The translations under genes and the position numbers were made by a program. Shown one piece after another: positions 45,078 to 57,707 of a stretch of 64,000 nt of DNA. The DNA is from Trueperaceae bacterium. Lineage in GTDB: Bacteria > Deinococcota > Deinococci > Deinococcales > Trueperaceae. Numbering within the stretch: position 1 is the stretch's first letter; each line of letters starts with the position of its first letter. The stretch spans positions 736,001-800,000 of the forward strand of contig JAXHNB010000006.1 of NCBI GenBank assembly GCA_034520945.1. Reading direction: 5' to 3'. A model generated the notes under the pieces. It made no database searches, had not been told where the DNA came from, and worked only from the letters and a program-made list of their open reading frames with translations.

Positions 45078-48019
45078 CCGCCGGATCCGTCGCGCGCTCG
45101 GCAAGGGCGTCGGCCAGCACCTCGATCAGGTGTCGGGGCGTCTCCCCGACGCCGTCCGCGATCTGGTGACGGCAACTGAACCCGCTGGCGACGGTCGTGC
45201 CCGGGTGCGCACGGACGGCGGGGAACAGCCGCCGCTCGCCGATCTGCATGGACAGGTCGTGGTGGCCGTACCCGAAGCTTCCGGCCATGCCGCAGCACCC
45301 GGCGTCGAGCTCACGCACGTCGCTGGAGACCCATTCCAGCACCGCCCGGCTGGCGGCGGTGCCGATCACCGCCTTCTGCTGGCAGTGCCCGTGCACCATC
45401 ACCGGCTCGTCCCGCCGTTCGAACACCTCTTCGGGCCTGAACCCGCCCTGCGTCCACGCCTTGGCGAGGAACTCCTCGATCATCTGCACGTGATGCGCCG
45501 CCGCCTCCGCCTCCTCGCCCGGCACCAGGTCGCGGTAGTCGTCGCGGAACACCGTGACGCAGGACGGCTCGAGCCCTACCACCGGGACGCCGTGGCGGAC
45601 GTACGGCATGATCCGGGCGAGGTTGTGGGCCGCGGCGGTCCGGGCGTCCCGCAGCAGACCCTTGCTGATCAGCGGCCGGCCGCAGCACCCGCTGGGCACG
45701 CGCTCGACCCGGTACCCCAGCGCCTCGAGCACCCGGACGGCGGCGCGGCCCGGTCCCGGCGCGTGGTACGCCGTCCAGGTGTCGGCGAACAGCGCCACGC
45801 GAGGCCGTGCCTCCCCCGGGTCGGCCCCGCCCCCGGACGCCGGGCGGCGGTCGAACCAACGGGCGAAGCTCTCCCCGGCGTACGCCGGCAGCGTCCGACG
45901 CCGGTCCACGCCGGCGACCTTCTCCAGCAACCACCGCACGCTGGGACGCGGCAGCAGGGCGTTGGCCAGCGGGGCCAGCGCCCGCCCGATGGGCGCGACG
46001 CGGGCCACGTTCCCGATCAGGCGCGTGGCCAGCGGGACGCCGTGCGTGTCGTGGTACTGCTGCAAGAACTCGTACTTCAGCTTGGCCATGTCCACGTTGC
46101 TGGGGCACTCCGCCTTGCAGGCCTTGCACTCCAGGCACAAATCCAGCGTGTCGTACACGTCTTGCGAGGCCAACCCCCCCGGCATGCGGCCGTTCAGCGC
46201 GTCGCGCAGCACGTTGGCGCGTCCGCGGGTCGAGTGGTCCTCGTCCCGTGTCGCCATGTAGCTGGGGCACATGGTGCCGACGTCCATCTTGCGGCAGGTG
46301 CCTACCCCCGTGCAGGCCTCGGCCGCGCCCAGGAAGCCGTCCTGATGCGAGAAGTCGAACACCGTGTCCAGCGCGACCTCGGGGTAATCGGGCCCGTAGC
46401 GGAGATCCTGCGTCATCGGCGGTGCGTCGACGACCTTGCCGGGGTTCAGGATGCCGTCGGGATCGAAGGCGGCCTTCACCTCGCGAAAGGCCTGGTAGAT
46501 GCGTTCGCCGAACATCTCGCGGTTCTTCTGGCTGCGGATCAGGCCGTCCCCGTGCTCGCCGGACCAGGAGCCGCCGTAGGAACGCACCAGTTCGAACACC
46601 TCGTCGGAGATCCGTTGGTACAGCGCCACCCCCTCCGCCGTCTTGAGGTCCAGCAGAGGCCGGGTGTGGATCACGCCCACCGAGGCGTGCCCGTAGAACA
46701 CCGTGCGGACCCCCAGGGCGCGGCAGGTCTCCTGGACGGCCGGGATGTACTCGGCGAGGTGCTCGGCCGGGATGGCGGCGTCCTCGATGAACGGCGTCGG
46801 CTTGTCGGGCCCCGGCACGGTGGCGTAGATCCCCAGCCCGTCCTTTCGGAACTGCAGGATCTGGTTCTTGTCGCGTTCGCCCCAGGCTTCGTGGAGGTGG
46901 TAGCAGCGCGCGTCGAACCCGGCGTCCGCCCGCATGGCCGCCAACGCGCGCTGGAGATCCGCGTCGCTTTGGCCGTCGAACTCCACCATCAAGACCGCCT
47001 CGGGCATGCCGTCGAGCCACCCCAGAAGCGGCGCCAAGCGCGGGTTCTCGAGGCCGATCTCGAACAGGCCACGGTCCAGCAACTCGACGGCCGACGGCCC
47101 GTGCCGGTTGATGATCGGGGACCGCCTCCAGCGCCTCCCGAAGGGTCGCGAAGTGCGCCATCGCCAGCACGTTGGTGGCGGGGAGCGGATCCAGCTTCAC
47201 CGTGACGTCGAGGATGACGGCGAGGGTGCCTTCGGACCCCGTCACCAGTTGCGCCAGATCGAACGGCCGTCCGTCCACGAGCCGGTCCAAGGCGTAGCCA
47301 CCGACCCGCCGCATCACCTTGGGGTAGCGGTCGCGGATCTCGTCAGCCAGCTCGTCGGTGATCCGCAACACCGTTTGGGTGGCGCGCCCCAGCAGGTCGT
47401 CACGCCCCGCCTGCGCCCGGACGGTCTCGTCGTCCCAAGCCTCCAGCCGCGCCACCGTCCCGTTCGCCAGGGCGACGGTCATGGCGACCACCTGGTCCGA
47501 GGTCTTGCCGTACTTGATCGAATGCGTGCCGGCCGAATCGTTGGCGACCATGCCGCCGACGTTGGCCCGGTTGGTGGTGCTGACGTCCGGTGTGAACTGC
47601 AGGCCGTGCGGTGCGAGGTGACGATTCAGCGCGTCCCGGATCACGCCCGGCTCCACGCGAGCGGTCCGCCCTTCCGGGTCCACCGCGAGAATGCCGGTGA
47701 GATGCTTGCTGACGTCCACCACGACGGCGCGGGCGACGGCCTGGCCCGCCAGGCTGGTGCCGCCGCCTCGCATCAGCAGGGGCACACGGTGTTCGGCGCA
47801 GATCCGGACCGTGGCGACGAGGTCGTCGCGGTCCAGCGGGAGCACCGCGCCGAACGGCATGATCTCGTACGGGCTTGCGTCCGTCGCGTACAGCGTGCGG
47901 GCGCGCGCGTCGAAGCGAACCTCGCCCCGAACCTGTTGGCGCAAGGCGCGTTCCACGTCCCGGAGTGCGTCCTGGCTAGGTGGCGGCGCGTCGGTGGCGG
48001 AATCGGCGGACGCGTGCAT
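45034..48019 (-). pseudogene. FAD-binding / Fe-S oxidoreductase (GlcD-GlcF-type fusion), frameshifted near 47117-47120
   Basis: N-half has RGGGTSLAGQ and GSEGTL; C-half, in another frame, has GEHGDG, CTGVGTC, CLECKACKAECP and CCG motifs. Removing one C from gtc-CCC-G-atc joins them as LEAVPIINRHGPSAVELLD. Could be a sequencing error rather than a true pseudogene. Confidence 0.8.
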
Positions 48020-48047
48020 GCCGCGAGTATCGCACGCCGCCGGCGGC

Positions 48048-50288
48048 TCAGCCGGCCTCCGCCCCGTACAGCGTGCGCGTGGTCTCGGCGAAGCCTGCCT
48101 CGTCCAGGTGCCGGTAGGCGTTCAGGAAGGTCTCGAGCCGGTAGCGCTGCATCAGGCCCTCGACCAGGGTCTCGGACGCGTACGGTTGGCGCCGCTCGGC
48201 CCGGCGCACCCGGTCCCGCGCGTCGAGGAGCCCGAGCTCGCGCAGGACGCGTCGCGCCAGCACGGCCGCGTCCGGCGGCAGCGGGGGCGCCTTGCCGCCG
48301 CGGAGGGCGACGAAGGCGCGGCGGACCTGGCTCACGTTGGGGTACCCGCGGGCGGCACGCCCGATCCTGGCCTGCGCGTCGACGTTCAGGTCGAACCACA
48401 ACGGCGTGCCCTCCGTGAGGAGGTGGGCCATCGCTTCGTGCGCACGAAGCGGATCGTCGCCCAACGGCAGCTCCTCCAGCAGCCGGCCCGCGTCCGGCCG
48501 CGGCGGGCGGCCGCGCCGTACCGGCGGCGAGCCGGCGCCAGCTTCGCTCGCGCCCTCGCGTGCCCGCACGCGCAGCGCCCGCCCCGGCCGGATCGCCTCG
48601 GCCATGAACTCCAGGGTGCGGCGTTCCTGCCACACGTTCTCACGGAGGGTGACCACCGCCTGGACCGCGCCGCCGCGCGGAAGGCGTCCGGCCCACCCGC
48701 CGAGGTTCCACGCCACGCCCTTCACGTCGCCGACACGGAGTTGAAGGTGACGCGCGTCGCGTCCCACCGCTCGTGCCGCGGAGAGGTCGTCGCACAGGGC
48801 GAACGTCGGGGCGGGGTGTCCCTCGCCGTACGGTTCGAGCAGGGCCAGGGCCCGCCACAGGTCCTCTTCGACCTGTTCGGGGGCCAACAGCGCGTCGGCC
48901 GTGACCTCGCGTTCCGGCGGTGGAAACGACGCGACGTGCGCCAGGATGCGCTGCCGGAACGCCTCCCGTCGAGCGGGATCGAGGGTGAAGCCGGCCGCGG
49001 CGGGGTGCCCCCCGTAGCGTCGCAGTTCGCTGGCGGCGGCCCGCAACGCCCCGACTGCCGAAATCCCGGGCGTGCTGCGCACGCTGCCCTGCTCCCCAGC
49101 CATGATGAACACGGGCCGATGGAAGCGCTCCAACAGTTTGCTGGCAACGACGCCCATGATGCCCGGATGCCAATCGTCGTCGGCCACCACCACGGCCGGG
49201 GCCTCGGGGTCGACCCGGGCAGCAGCCTGATCGAACATGTCGTCCTGAATGCGCTTGCGTTCGTCGTTGCGGGCGTCGAGGTAGATCGCCAAGCGTTCGG
49301 CGCGATGCGGCGCGTCGGTGAGAAGCAGATCCAAGCCGTTCTCGGGCTCGCCCAGCCGGCCGGCGGCGTTCAGGCGCGGCGCCAACACGAAGGCGATGTC
49401 CCTGGCGGTGACCTCACCGTGGAGGCGCGCCGTGGCGAGCATGGCGCGCACGCCCGGCCAGGCGGAGGACGGGAGGCGCGCAAGGCCCTCGCGCACCAAG
49501 GCGCGATTGGGGCCCAGCAACGGCGCGACGTCGGCGACGGTGCCGATCGCCGCGATGTCGGCGAACTGCAGCGGCGGGGCCTCGCCCAAGCGACGGTGGA
49601 GCGCCCACAGGAGGTGGTACGCCACGCCGGCCCCGGTCGGTTCGGGCCGTCCGGGCGTGGCGTCCGGCGCCAGCGAAGGGTGCACCACGAGCGCGTCCGG
49701 CAGCGCGTCGCCGGGCGTATGGTGATCGGTCACGATCACGTCGACCCCCCGAGCCCGGAGCGCAGCGACCTCGTCCAGATTGGTGACGCCGCAGTCGACG
49801 GTGACGAACAGGTCGCAGCGGGCGGCGTGCTGCTCGACCAGTCCAGCATCGATCCCGTACCCGTGGGTGAGCCGGTTGGGAACGAACGGCGTCACCTGCC
49901 CCCCGAGCGCCTGCAGGCCACGCGTCAGGATCGCCGTACCGGTGATGCCGTCGGCGTCGTAATCTCCGTGCACCAGGATCCGCTCGCCGTCTTCCAGTGC
50001 GGCTTGCAGGCGTGCGGCGGCGTCCGTCCCCGACGCCAACGTGAACGGTTCCAGTCGTGGGGCCAGGGAGGCGTCGGCGTCCTCGGGCGTCACCCCGCGG
50101 GCGTGCAGCACGGACGCCAACAGCGGAGGAATTCCCAAGCGCGCGACCAAGTCCCGCACGGCGAGCGGGGGGGCGGGCGGTCGGGTGGACCACCGAACGG
50201 CCTCGCCGTCCAGCGGGTCAGTGCCGGAAGGGTCCGTCGCGGACACGGCGTCGTGTCGTGCCCGGGGCGGCACGGTTCGCTCGCTCAC
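48048..50288 (-). CDS. recJ: ssDNA exonuclease RecJ
   Basis: HGDYDADG, TVDCG, TDHH, GTVADVAPL, PRLNAAGRL, GGHPAAAG. Confidence 0.95.
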   Translation of the reverse strand: MSERTVPPRARHDAVSATDPSGTDPLDGEAVRWSTRPPAPPLAVRDLVARLGIPPLLASVLHARGVTPEDADASLAPRLEPFTLASGTDAAARLQAALEDGERILVHGDYDADGITGTAILTRGLQALGGQVTPFVPNRLTHGYGIDAGLVEQHAARCDLFVTVDCGVTNLDEVAALRARGVDVIVTDHHTPGDALPDALVVHPSLAPDATPGRPEPTGAGVAYHLLWALHRRLGEAPPLQFADIAAIGTVADVAPLLGPNRALVREGLARLPSSAWPGVRAMLATARLHGEVTARDIAFVLAPRLNAAGRLGEPENGLDLLLTDAPHRAERLAIYLDARNDERKRIQDDMFDQAAARVDPEAPAVVVADDDWHPGIMGVVASKLLERFHRPVFIMAGEQGSVRSTPGISAVGALRAAASELRRYGGHPAAAGFTLDPARREAFRQRILAHVASFPPPEREVTADALLAPEQVEEDLWRALALLEPYGEGHPAPTFALCDDLSAARAVGRDARHLQLRVGDVKGVAWNLGGWAGRLPRGGAVQAVVTLRENVWQERRTLEFMAEAIRPGRALRVRAREGASEAGAGSPPVRRGRPPRPDAGRLLEELPLGDDPLRAHEAMAHLLTEGTPLWFDLNVDAQARIGRAARGYPNVSQVRRAFVALRGGKAPPLPPDAAVLARRVLRELGLLDARDRVRRAERRQPYASETLVEGLMQRYRLETFLNAYRHLDEAGFAETTRTLYGAEAG

Positions 50289-50635
50289 CGGCGAGATCGT
50301 TCGGTGTCGCGCGGCTCTTCGGGTTCGGGGGCGGCCGCCCGGTCGGGAATGACGGGGGCCGAGACGTCACGGTCGTAGCTCGGGACGTGCTGTTCGAGGT
50401 CGGTGATGCGGCGCTTCAGGCGGGCCAGCTCGCGGCGCTGCCGCCAGCCGCGAATCGAAGGGGGCACCCGGCCCGACAGGAAAGCGATCAGCACGGCCAA
50501 TAGGATCACCAGAGACGCCGGCAGCGGAAGCAGTCCCGGCAGGGCCAGCGGCTGCGGGTTGGCGTTGTGAAACACCACGCCATAGCCGATCAGCAGGGCC
50601 AGCAACACGACCTGGGCGATCCGTAGGACCCTCAA
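50285..50635 (-). CDS. Small two-TM membrane protein with coiled coil (LapA/DUF1049-like)
   Basis: GGGAGG RBS then TTG; two hydrophobic stretches followed by RQRRELARLKRRITDLE; stop overlaps the recJ start. Confidence 0.7.
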   Translation of the reverse strand: MRVLRIAQVVLLALLIGYGVVFHNANPQPLALPGLLPLPASLVILLAVLIAFLSGRVPPSIRGWRQRRELARLKRRITDLEQHVPSYDRDVSAPVIPDRAAAPEPEEPRDTERSRR

Positions 50636-50745
50636 CGCACGACCTCCCGAGGCGAAGCATACCGTAGGGCACCCGGCCGGAATCGCGCGCGCCCGCGTTC
50701 TGGGCGACTGACGTGCGGCTACGGGACCGGGTAGCATGCGCGGTC

Positions 50746-51888
50746 GTGGAACCGACGGTCCCCGTGCACGATCCGAGCCGGTCCGCCCGCCCCGACGCGG
50801 GCGGGGGAGAGACGTCCGCGCCCAAGGTCCTGGCGGCCATGTCGGGCGGCGTCGACTCGTCGGTCGCGACGCTGCTGCTCCATCAGCGCGGGTTCGAGGT
50901 GGTGGGGTCGATGATGCGCTTCTGGCCGGACGACCGCGAGGCCGGCGCCTTCGATGCGTGCTGCAGCCCGCAGGCCGCCTACGACGCGCGCCGGGTGGCG
51001 GACGCGCTGGACGTGCCGTTCTACCTGCTGGACGAGCGGGAGCGCTTCGACGAGATCGTGGTGGATCCCTTCGTGCCGAGCTACGTTCGGGGAGAGACGC
51101 CGAATCCGTGCGTGTGGTGCAATCGCGAGATCAAGTTCGGCGATTTCGTGCGGCGCGCACGCGCGTTGGGCGCCTCGTTCATGGCGACGGGTCATTTCGT
51201 GCGGCGCGTGGACGGGCCCAGCGGCGTCGAGCTGCACCGTGGCCGGGACGACGACAAGGACCAGACCTACTTCCTGTGGGCCCTCCCACGGGAGGTACTG
51301 CCGATGTTGTTGTTTCCGCTCGGCGACCTGACCAAGGCGGAGGTGCGTCGCATCGCGTCTGAGCATGGCTTCGCGACGGCGTACAAGAAGAGCTCGTCGG
51401 GGTTGTGCTTCGTGGCCGATACGGTTAGGGACCATCTGGCTCGGCATACCGACGCGCGACCGGGGGCCGTCGTGGACGCCTCCCGCGGGCGCGAAGTGGT
51501 GGGAGAGCACCAGGGGGTCCAGTTCTACACCGTCGGACAGAAGCGTGGGCTGGGCCTGTTCAAGTCGCACGAGCCCCGCTTCGTCGTGGACCTGGAGGTC
51601 GACACGAACACGGTCGTGGTCGGGCCGCGTGAGATGTGCGAGTGGTCGTCCCTCACCGCCGACCGGGTGAATTTCCTGTGCCACGAGGACGAGCTCCCGG
51701 CGCGCGTGCAGGCGCAGGTGCGCTACCGGCAGACGCCGGCGCCCGCCCGGCTGGAACGCACCGGGGACGGCGTGCGTGTTCATTTCGATGCGCCCCGCTT
51801 CGCGGTGACGGTGGGCCAGTCGGTGGTGCTGTACGACGGCGAACGGTTGCTGGGCGGGGGCGTGATTCGCGCTCGCGGGCCCGAGTGA
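50746..51888 (+). CDS. mnmA: tRNA 2-thiouridylase
   Basis: AMSGGVDSS, TPNPCVWCN, ATGH, KDQTYFL, GLCF, YTVGQKRGL. Confidence 0.95.
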   Translation: MEPTVPVHDPSRSARPDAGGGETSAPKVLAAMSGGVDSSVATLLLHQRGFEVVGSMMRFWPDDREAGAFDACCSPQAAYDARRVADALDVPFYLLDERERFDEIVVDPFVPSYVRGETPNPCVWCNREIKFGDFVRRARALGASFMATGHFVRRVDGPSGVELHRGRDDDKDQTYFLWALPREVLPMLLFPLGDLTKAEVRRIASEHGFATAYKKSSSGLCFVADTVRDHLARHTDARPGAVVDASRGREVVGEHQGVQFYTVGQKRGLGLFKSHEPRFVVDLEVDTNTVVVGPREMCEWSSLTADRVNFLCHEDELPARVQAQVRYRQTPAPARLERTGDGVRVHFDAPRFAVTVGQSVVLYDGERLLGGGVIRARGPE

Positions 51889-51935
51889 GCGTGGCGTGCG
51901 TGTTGCTGTTCTAAACTGACCGCCAGGAGGTACGG

Positions 51936-52487
51936 ATGGGATTCATCGTCACGCTCGTGGTCCTGGTGCTACTGGTCGGCTCGGTCATCTGGATCTACAA
52001 CCGCATCATCACGCTCGAGAATCGGTACGAGAACGCGTGGAGCCAGATCGACGTGCAACTCAAGCGCCGCAACGACCTGGTGCCGAACCTGGTCGAGACG
52101 GTGAAGGGGTACGCCACGCACGAGCAGTCGGTGTTCGAGGAGGTCGCCCACTCTCGGCAGGCGATGATGAACGCGCGGAACCCCGACGAGGGCGCCGGCG
52201 CGGCGAACATGATGAGCCAGGCGCTCGGGAAGCTCTTCGCCGTCAGCGAGGACTACCCCGACCTGAAGGCCGACGAGAACTTCCGCGTGTTGCAGGAGGA
52301 GTTGTCCTCCATCGAGAACAAGATTGCGTACGCCCGGCAGTTCTTCAACGACGCCGTGCTGCAGTACAACAACGCGATCGAGACCGTGCCGGGCGTGTTC
52401 TTGGCGGGTCCGATGGGCAAGAAGGAGCACGTGTTCCTCGAGATCCCCGACACGGAACGCGAGGCGCCTAGCGTGTCGTTCTCCTGA
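51936..52487 (+). CDS. lemA: LemA family protein
   Basis: NAWSQIDVQLKRRNDLVPNLVETVKGYATHE, EDYPDLKA; AGGAGG RBS. Confidence 0.94.
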   Translation: MGFIVTLVVLVLLVGSVIWIYNRIITLENRYENAWSQIDVQLKRRNDLVPNLVETVKGYATHEQSVFEEVAHSRQAMMNARNPDEGAGAANMMSQALGKLFAVSEDYPDLKADENFRVLQEELSSIENKIAYARQFFNDAVLQYNNAIETVPGVFLAGPMGKKEHVFLEIPDTEREAPSVSFS

Positions 52488-52495
52488 GCGCCGCC

Positions 52496-53446
52496 GTGGC
52501 GTCGCCTGGTACGCCTCGCGTCCCGGACGTCATCACCGACCGCACGACCGGTCGGCGCATCAGTCTGCTGGACACGAAGGCCGCCAACGCCCGCGCGTCG
52601 TGGCTGTTGTTCCTCGCAATGATCGTGCTTCTGGGCGGGGTCGGCTACCTGCTGGCCCTCGCGTTCGACGCGTCGGGGGCGATCTGGTTCGTGGGCATCG
52701 CCGTCGCCGTGGCGGTGATCCAGAGCTTCGTGGCGTGGCGTTACGGCGACCGGATGGTGCTGGCGTCGACGGGGGCTCGTCGGGCGACGCGCGAGGAGCA
52801 CCGCTACCTGGTGAACGTGAGCGAAGCCGTGTCGATCGGTGCGGGCGTCCCCATGCCTAGGACGTTCGTGATCGACGATCCCGCGCCGAACGCGTTCGCA
52901 ACCGGACGCGATCCGGAACACGCGTCGATCGCGGTGACGACGGGGTTGCTGGACCTGCTTGGGCGGGAGGAGTTGGAGGGCGTGATCGCCCACGAGATGG
53001 CGCACGTCCGCAACTACGACATTCGGTTCATGTCGTTGCTGGCGGCCACGGTCGGGGCGCTGATGATCCTGCGTGACCTGGTGTGGCGCTGGATGTTCTT
53101 CGGGCGTCGCCGCTCCGGGGGCGGCGGGAAGGGCCAGGCACTGGTAGGCGTCGCGTTGCTGGTGGTGTTGATCGTGGCCCCCATCCTGGCTACGCTTCTA
53201 CGCTTTGCCGTGAGCCGCCGCCGCGAGTACCTGGCCGACGCCACCGGTGCGTACATCACCCGCAACCCCGAGGGACTGGCGCGGGCGTTGGAGAAGCTCC
53301 GCGACTACAGCGGCACGCCGTTGAAGGTCAGTAACGGGGTGCGGCACCTGTTCATCGCCAACCCTGCCGCGCGCGCCAGCGCCGTGGGCCTCCTGTCGAC
53401 CCACCCGCCCATCAGTGAACGGATCGACCGCCTACGGCGCATGTGA
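52496..53446 (+). CDS. htpX: M48 zinc metalloprotease, HtpX-like
   Basis: PNAFATG, HEMAH, SRRREYLADA, STHPPISERI. Confidence 0.9.
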   Translation: MASPGTPRVPDVITDRTTGRRISLLDTKAANARASWLLFLAMIVLLGGVGYLLALAFDASGAIWFVGIAVAVAVIQSFVAWRYGDRMVLASTGARRATREEHRYLVNVSEAVSIGAGVPMPRTFVIDDPAPNAFATGRDPEHASIAVTTGLLDLLGREELEGVIAHEMAHVRNYDIRFMSLLAATVGALMILRDLVWRWMFFGRRRSGGGGKGQALVGVALLVVLIVAPILATLLRFAVSRRREYLADATGAYITRNPEGLARALEKLRDYSGTPLKVSNGVRHLFIANPAARASAVGLLSTHPPISERIDRLRRM

Positions 53447-53472
53447 GCGCATCCAGCCAGGGCGGCACGAAG

Positions 53473-53498
53473 AGGCCCCCGCCATACGGCGGGGGCCT
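53473..53498. terminator. GC-rich hairpin between convergent htpX and rpsA
   Basis: AGGCCCCCGCC-ATAC-GGCGGGGGCCT, perfect 11-bp stem. Confidence 0.7.
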
Positions 53499-53551
53499 TC
53501 GCGTGCAGGGTCAGGGTCGGCGCGAGCCGGTACGAACCGGGTCGGCCGGGC

Positions 53552-55819
<2,268 letters not shown>

Positions 55820-56162
55820 GAAACGGGGTTCCTCCTAGCGTGGGATGCTTGCGCAAGTGTCCATTAAAGCATACCCGCACCCCTTCCCGCAACTTGGCGG
55901 TGGGGGGCGGAGCCCGTCATGGCACGATCGTGCCTGCCACCAAAGCCTGTCGCACGCGGGTAAACTTCCTCCACCCCGCGCGCCCGAACGACCCGCTCAC
56001 CGCACCCATTCCAAGGGCCCGGGCTGCCGGGCTGCTGGAACACGGCGCCCCCTCGACCTGCGCCCTCGTGCTGCGCCGCGCCGCCACCTCGCAGCTGCCC
56101 GAGCCGCCTTGGCCGTCTCGTAGAACGCGGCCCTCGACCCTGCGCGCGCCTCAAGAAAAGGT

Positions 56163-56193
56163 TCGAGCCCCGCGTGGGAGGCGCGGGACTCGA
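56163..56193 (-). terminator. Hairpin downstream of the TPR gene (probable terminator on the minus strand)
   Basis: TCGAG-C-CCCGCG...CGCGGG-A-CTCGA stem; followed on the minus strand by ACCTTTTCTT. Confidence 0.5.
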
Positions 56194-56320
56194 CATTCGG
56201 AAGAGAATGGGAGCGAGGCGATTTACAAGGGGAGGTTCACCTCGAATCCACGACTCTAGTTTAGGGGGGCGTTCTTACACAATTCTTACAGGGGGCTGCA
56301 GGTCTCTCGGCATCAAAGAA

Positions 56321-57532
56321 CTATTGAAGGAAGTCCGCTGGTATTGCGTCCGCGACGTTCATTTCCTTGTCGAGGAATCGAGCGTTCTGCAGAGTCTTGG
56401 CAAGTGCGCGGAGCGTGTCCATGTCAGCTTCGTACGAAGGGTCTTCTAACTGCTTCTTTAGGTCACATACATGCAAGAGGACTTGACCGTATTCTTGCAG
56501 GAGCCCCATATCGCTGAATGCCGTGGCCGTTTGCTCCAGCTCCCGAATTGCATGCACATTCGTGTACAGCCCGCGTTTACGGAACACGAGGATCTCCCTA
56601 AAGCGATAGGCAAGGCGATCCGACATATCACCAATTAAAGACTGCCCTCGGTTTAGGCAGTGCAATGCTTCGTCGTTGTCAGAAGTCGAAAGTAGGGTCG
56701 CTAGCGCAAGCTGCGACAAGAACTCTTCGTAGACGACTTGTGTCTTTTGCGCCATATCGATGGCCAAGCGGTAGTGACGGACCGCACGTTGGCTGTGCCC
56801 TTGAATCCATGCGATTTCTCCCTGTAGCCACTTACCTTCGACGCGCATCGCTTGAGGGACAGAATCCGAATCAAGCTCGGTCAGCGCCTCCGAGGCTTCT
56901 CGGAGCCGCCCTTGTGCGACAAGTACGGTCGCCCAACGCATACGAGACTTAAGGTGTTGGAGCCCGGTTGTCAATTGCATCCCTCGTTCGAGGAACCAGA
57001 GTGCCCGCTGGGTACGGCCGACCCGACCGTGAAGAATCCCCAACTGCGCCAAGATGGAGGGGGCCAGAAGTTCGAACTCCGGTAGGCCTTGCAGGCGTCG
57101 CCACGCTTCTTCCGCGAACCGCAATGCCTCACGAATGTCTCCATTAGTCTCTTCGTGGATACTCTTAACCCGCATGAAAAATACCTGGTCGTAGCTCGTT
57201 AGACGAGCGAAGTCAACCTGCTGCAGTTCGTCTGAAGCACGTTCCGCATTGTTCGTCATACGAAGTAGGTGAGCCAGATTGACGCGTGCAGCTTGTTGCC
57301 CCTTCGCAATGGCTCGCTCAAAGGCCTCCTGCGCCTCATCATCTTGAACGAGCTGGAAGTGGCACACCCCTAACCATCGATCGTCGTCGGCCGTGGGGTT
57401 GGAGATGTCATGGTAGGCGTTGATCCCTTTGGTGAAATCCTCTAAATAGACCCAGGCTTGCACAACGCTCTCCAAGGACGCTTCGGGAAAGCTCAAAGCA
57501 ACTTGATCAAGGGCATCCTTAAGGTCTGTCAC
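56321..57532 (-). CDS. Stand-alone TPR-like helical repeat protein (403 aa)
   Basis: Long ORF in AT-richer DNA with TPR-like patterns (WLGVCHFQL..EAQEAFERAI; LAQLGILHGRVGRTQRALWFLERG; LQGEIAWIQGHSQRAVRHYRLA). Confidence 0.8.
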   Translation of the reverse strand: MTDLKDALDQVALSFPEASLESVVQAWVYLEDFTKGINAYHDISNPTADDDRWLGVCHFQLVQDDEAQEAFERAIAKGQQAARVNLAHLLRMTNNAERASDELQQVDFARLTSYDQVFFMRVKSIHEETNGDIREALRFAEEAWRRLQGLPEFELLAPSILAQLGILHGRVGRTQRALWFLERGMQLTTGLQHLKSRMRWATVLVAQGRLREASEALTELDSDSVPQAMRVEGKWLQGEIAWIQGHSQRAVRHYRLAIDMAQKTQVVYEEFLSQLALATLLSTSDNDEALHCLNRGQSLIGDMSDRLAYRFREILVFRKRGLYTNVHAIRELEQTATAFSDMGLLQEYGQVLLHVCDLKKQLEDPSYEADMDTLRALAKTLQNARFLDKEMNVADAIPADFLQ

Positions 57533-57672
57533 CGGTGCATACCCTACTGCACAATGGACGCCTACCCCTGCTTTGAGTCTCGTTTAGACCGTGAAGCAGA
57601 TCTTCGGCTCGGAACTCGGCGACTGTGTTTTGTGCGCACTCCTTGCTTGCAACAGGTCGTGAAAAACCCCGC

Positions 57673-57701
57673 TTGACCCCTTGCACGCCGCATGCTAACT
57701 T
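57673..57701 (+). promoter_or_regulatory. Sigma70-type promoter with extended -10
   Basis: TTGACC (57673-78), 17-nt spacer, TAACTT (57696-57701) preceded by TGC. Confidence 0.65.
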
Positions 57702-57707
57702 GTATCC

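Noticed and set aside
55921..55934. Perfect 14-bp palindrome GGCACGATCGTGCC upstream of rpsA
   Set aside because: Single GC-rich palindrome with no recognisable operator match; may be part of the rpsA leader or chance.
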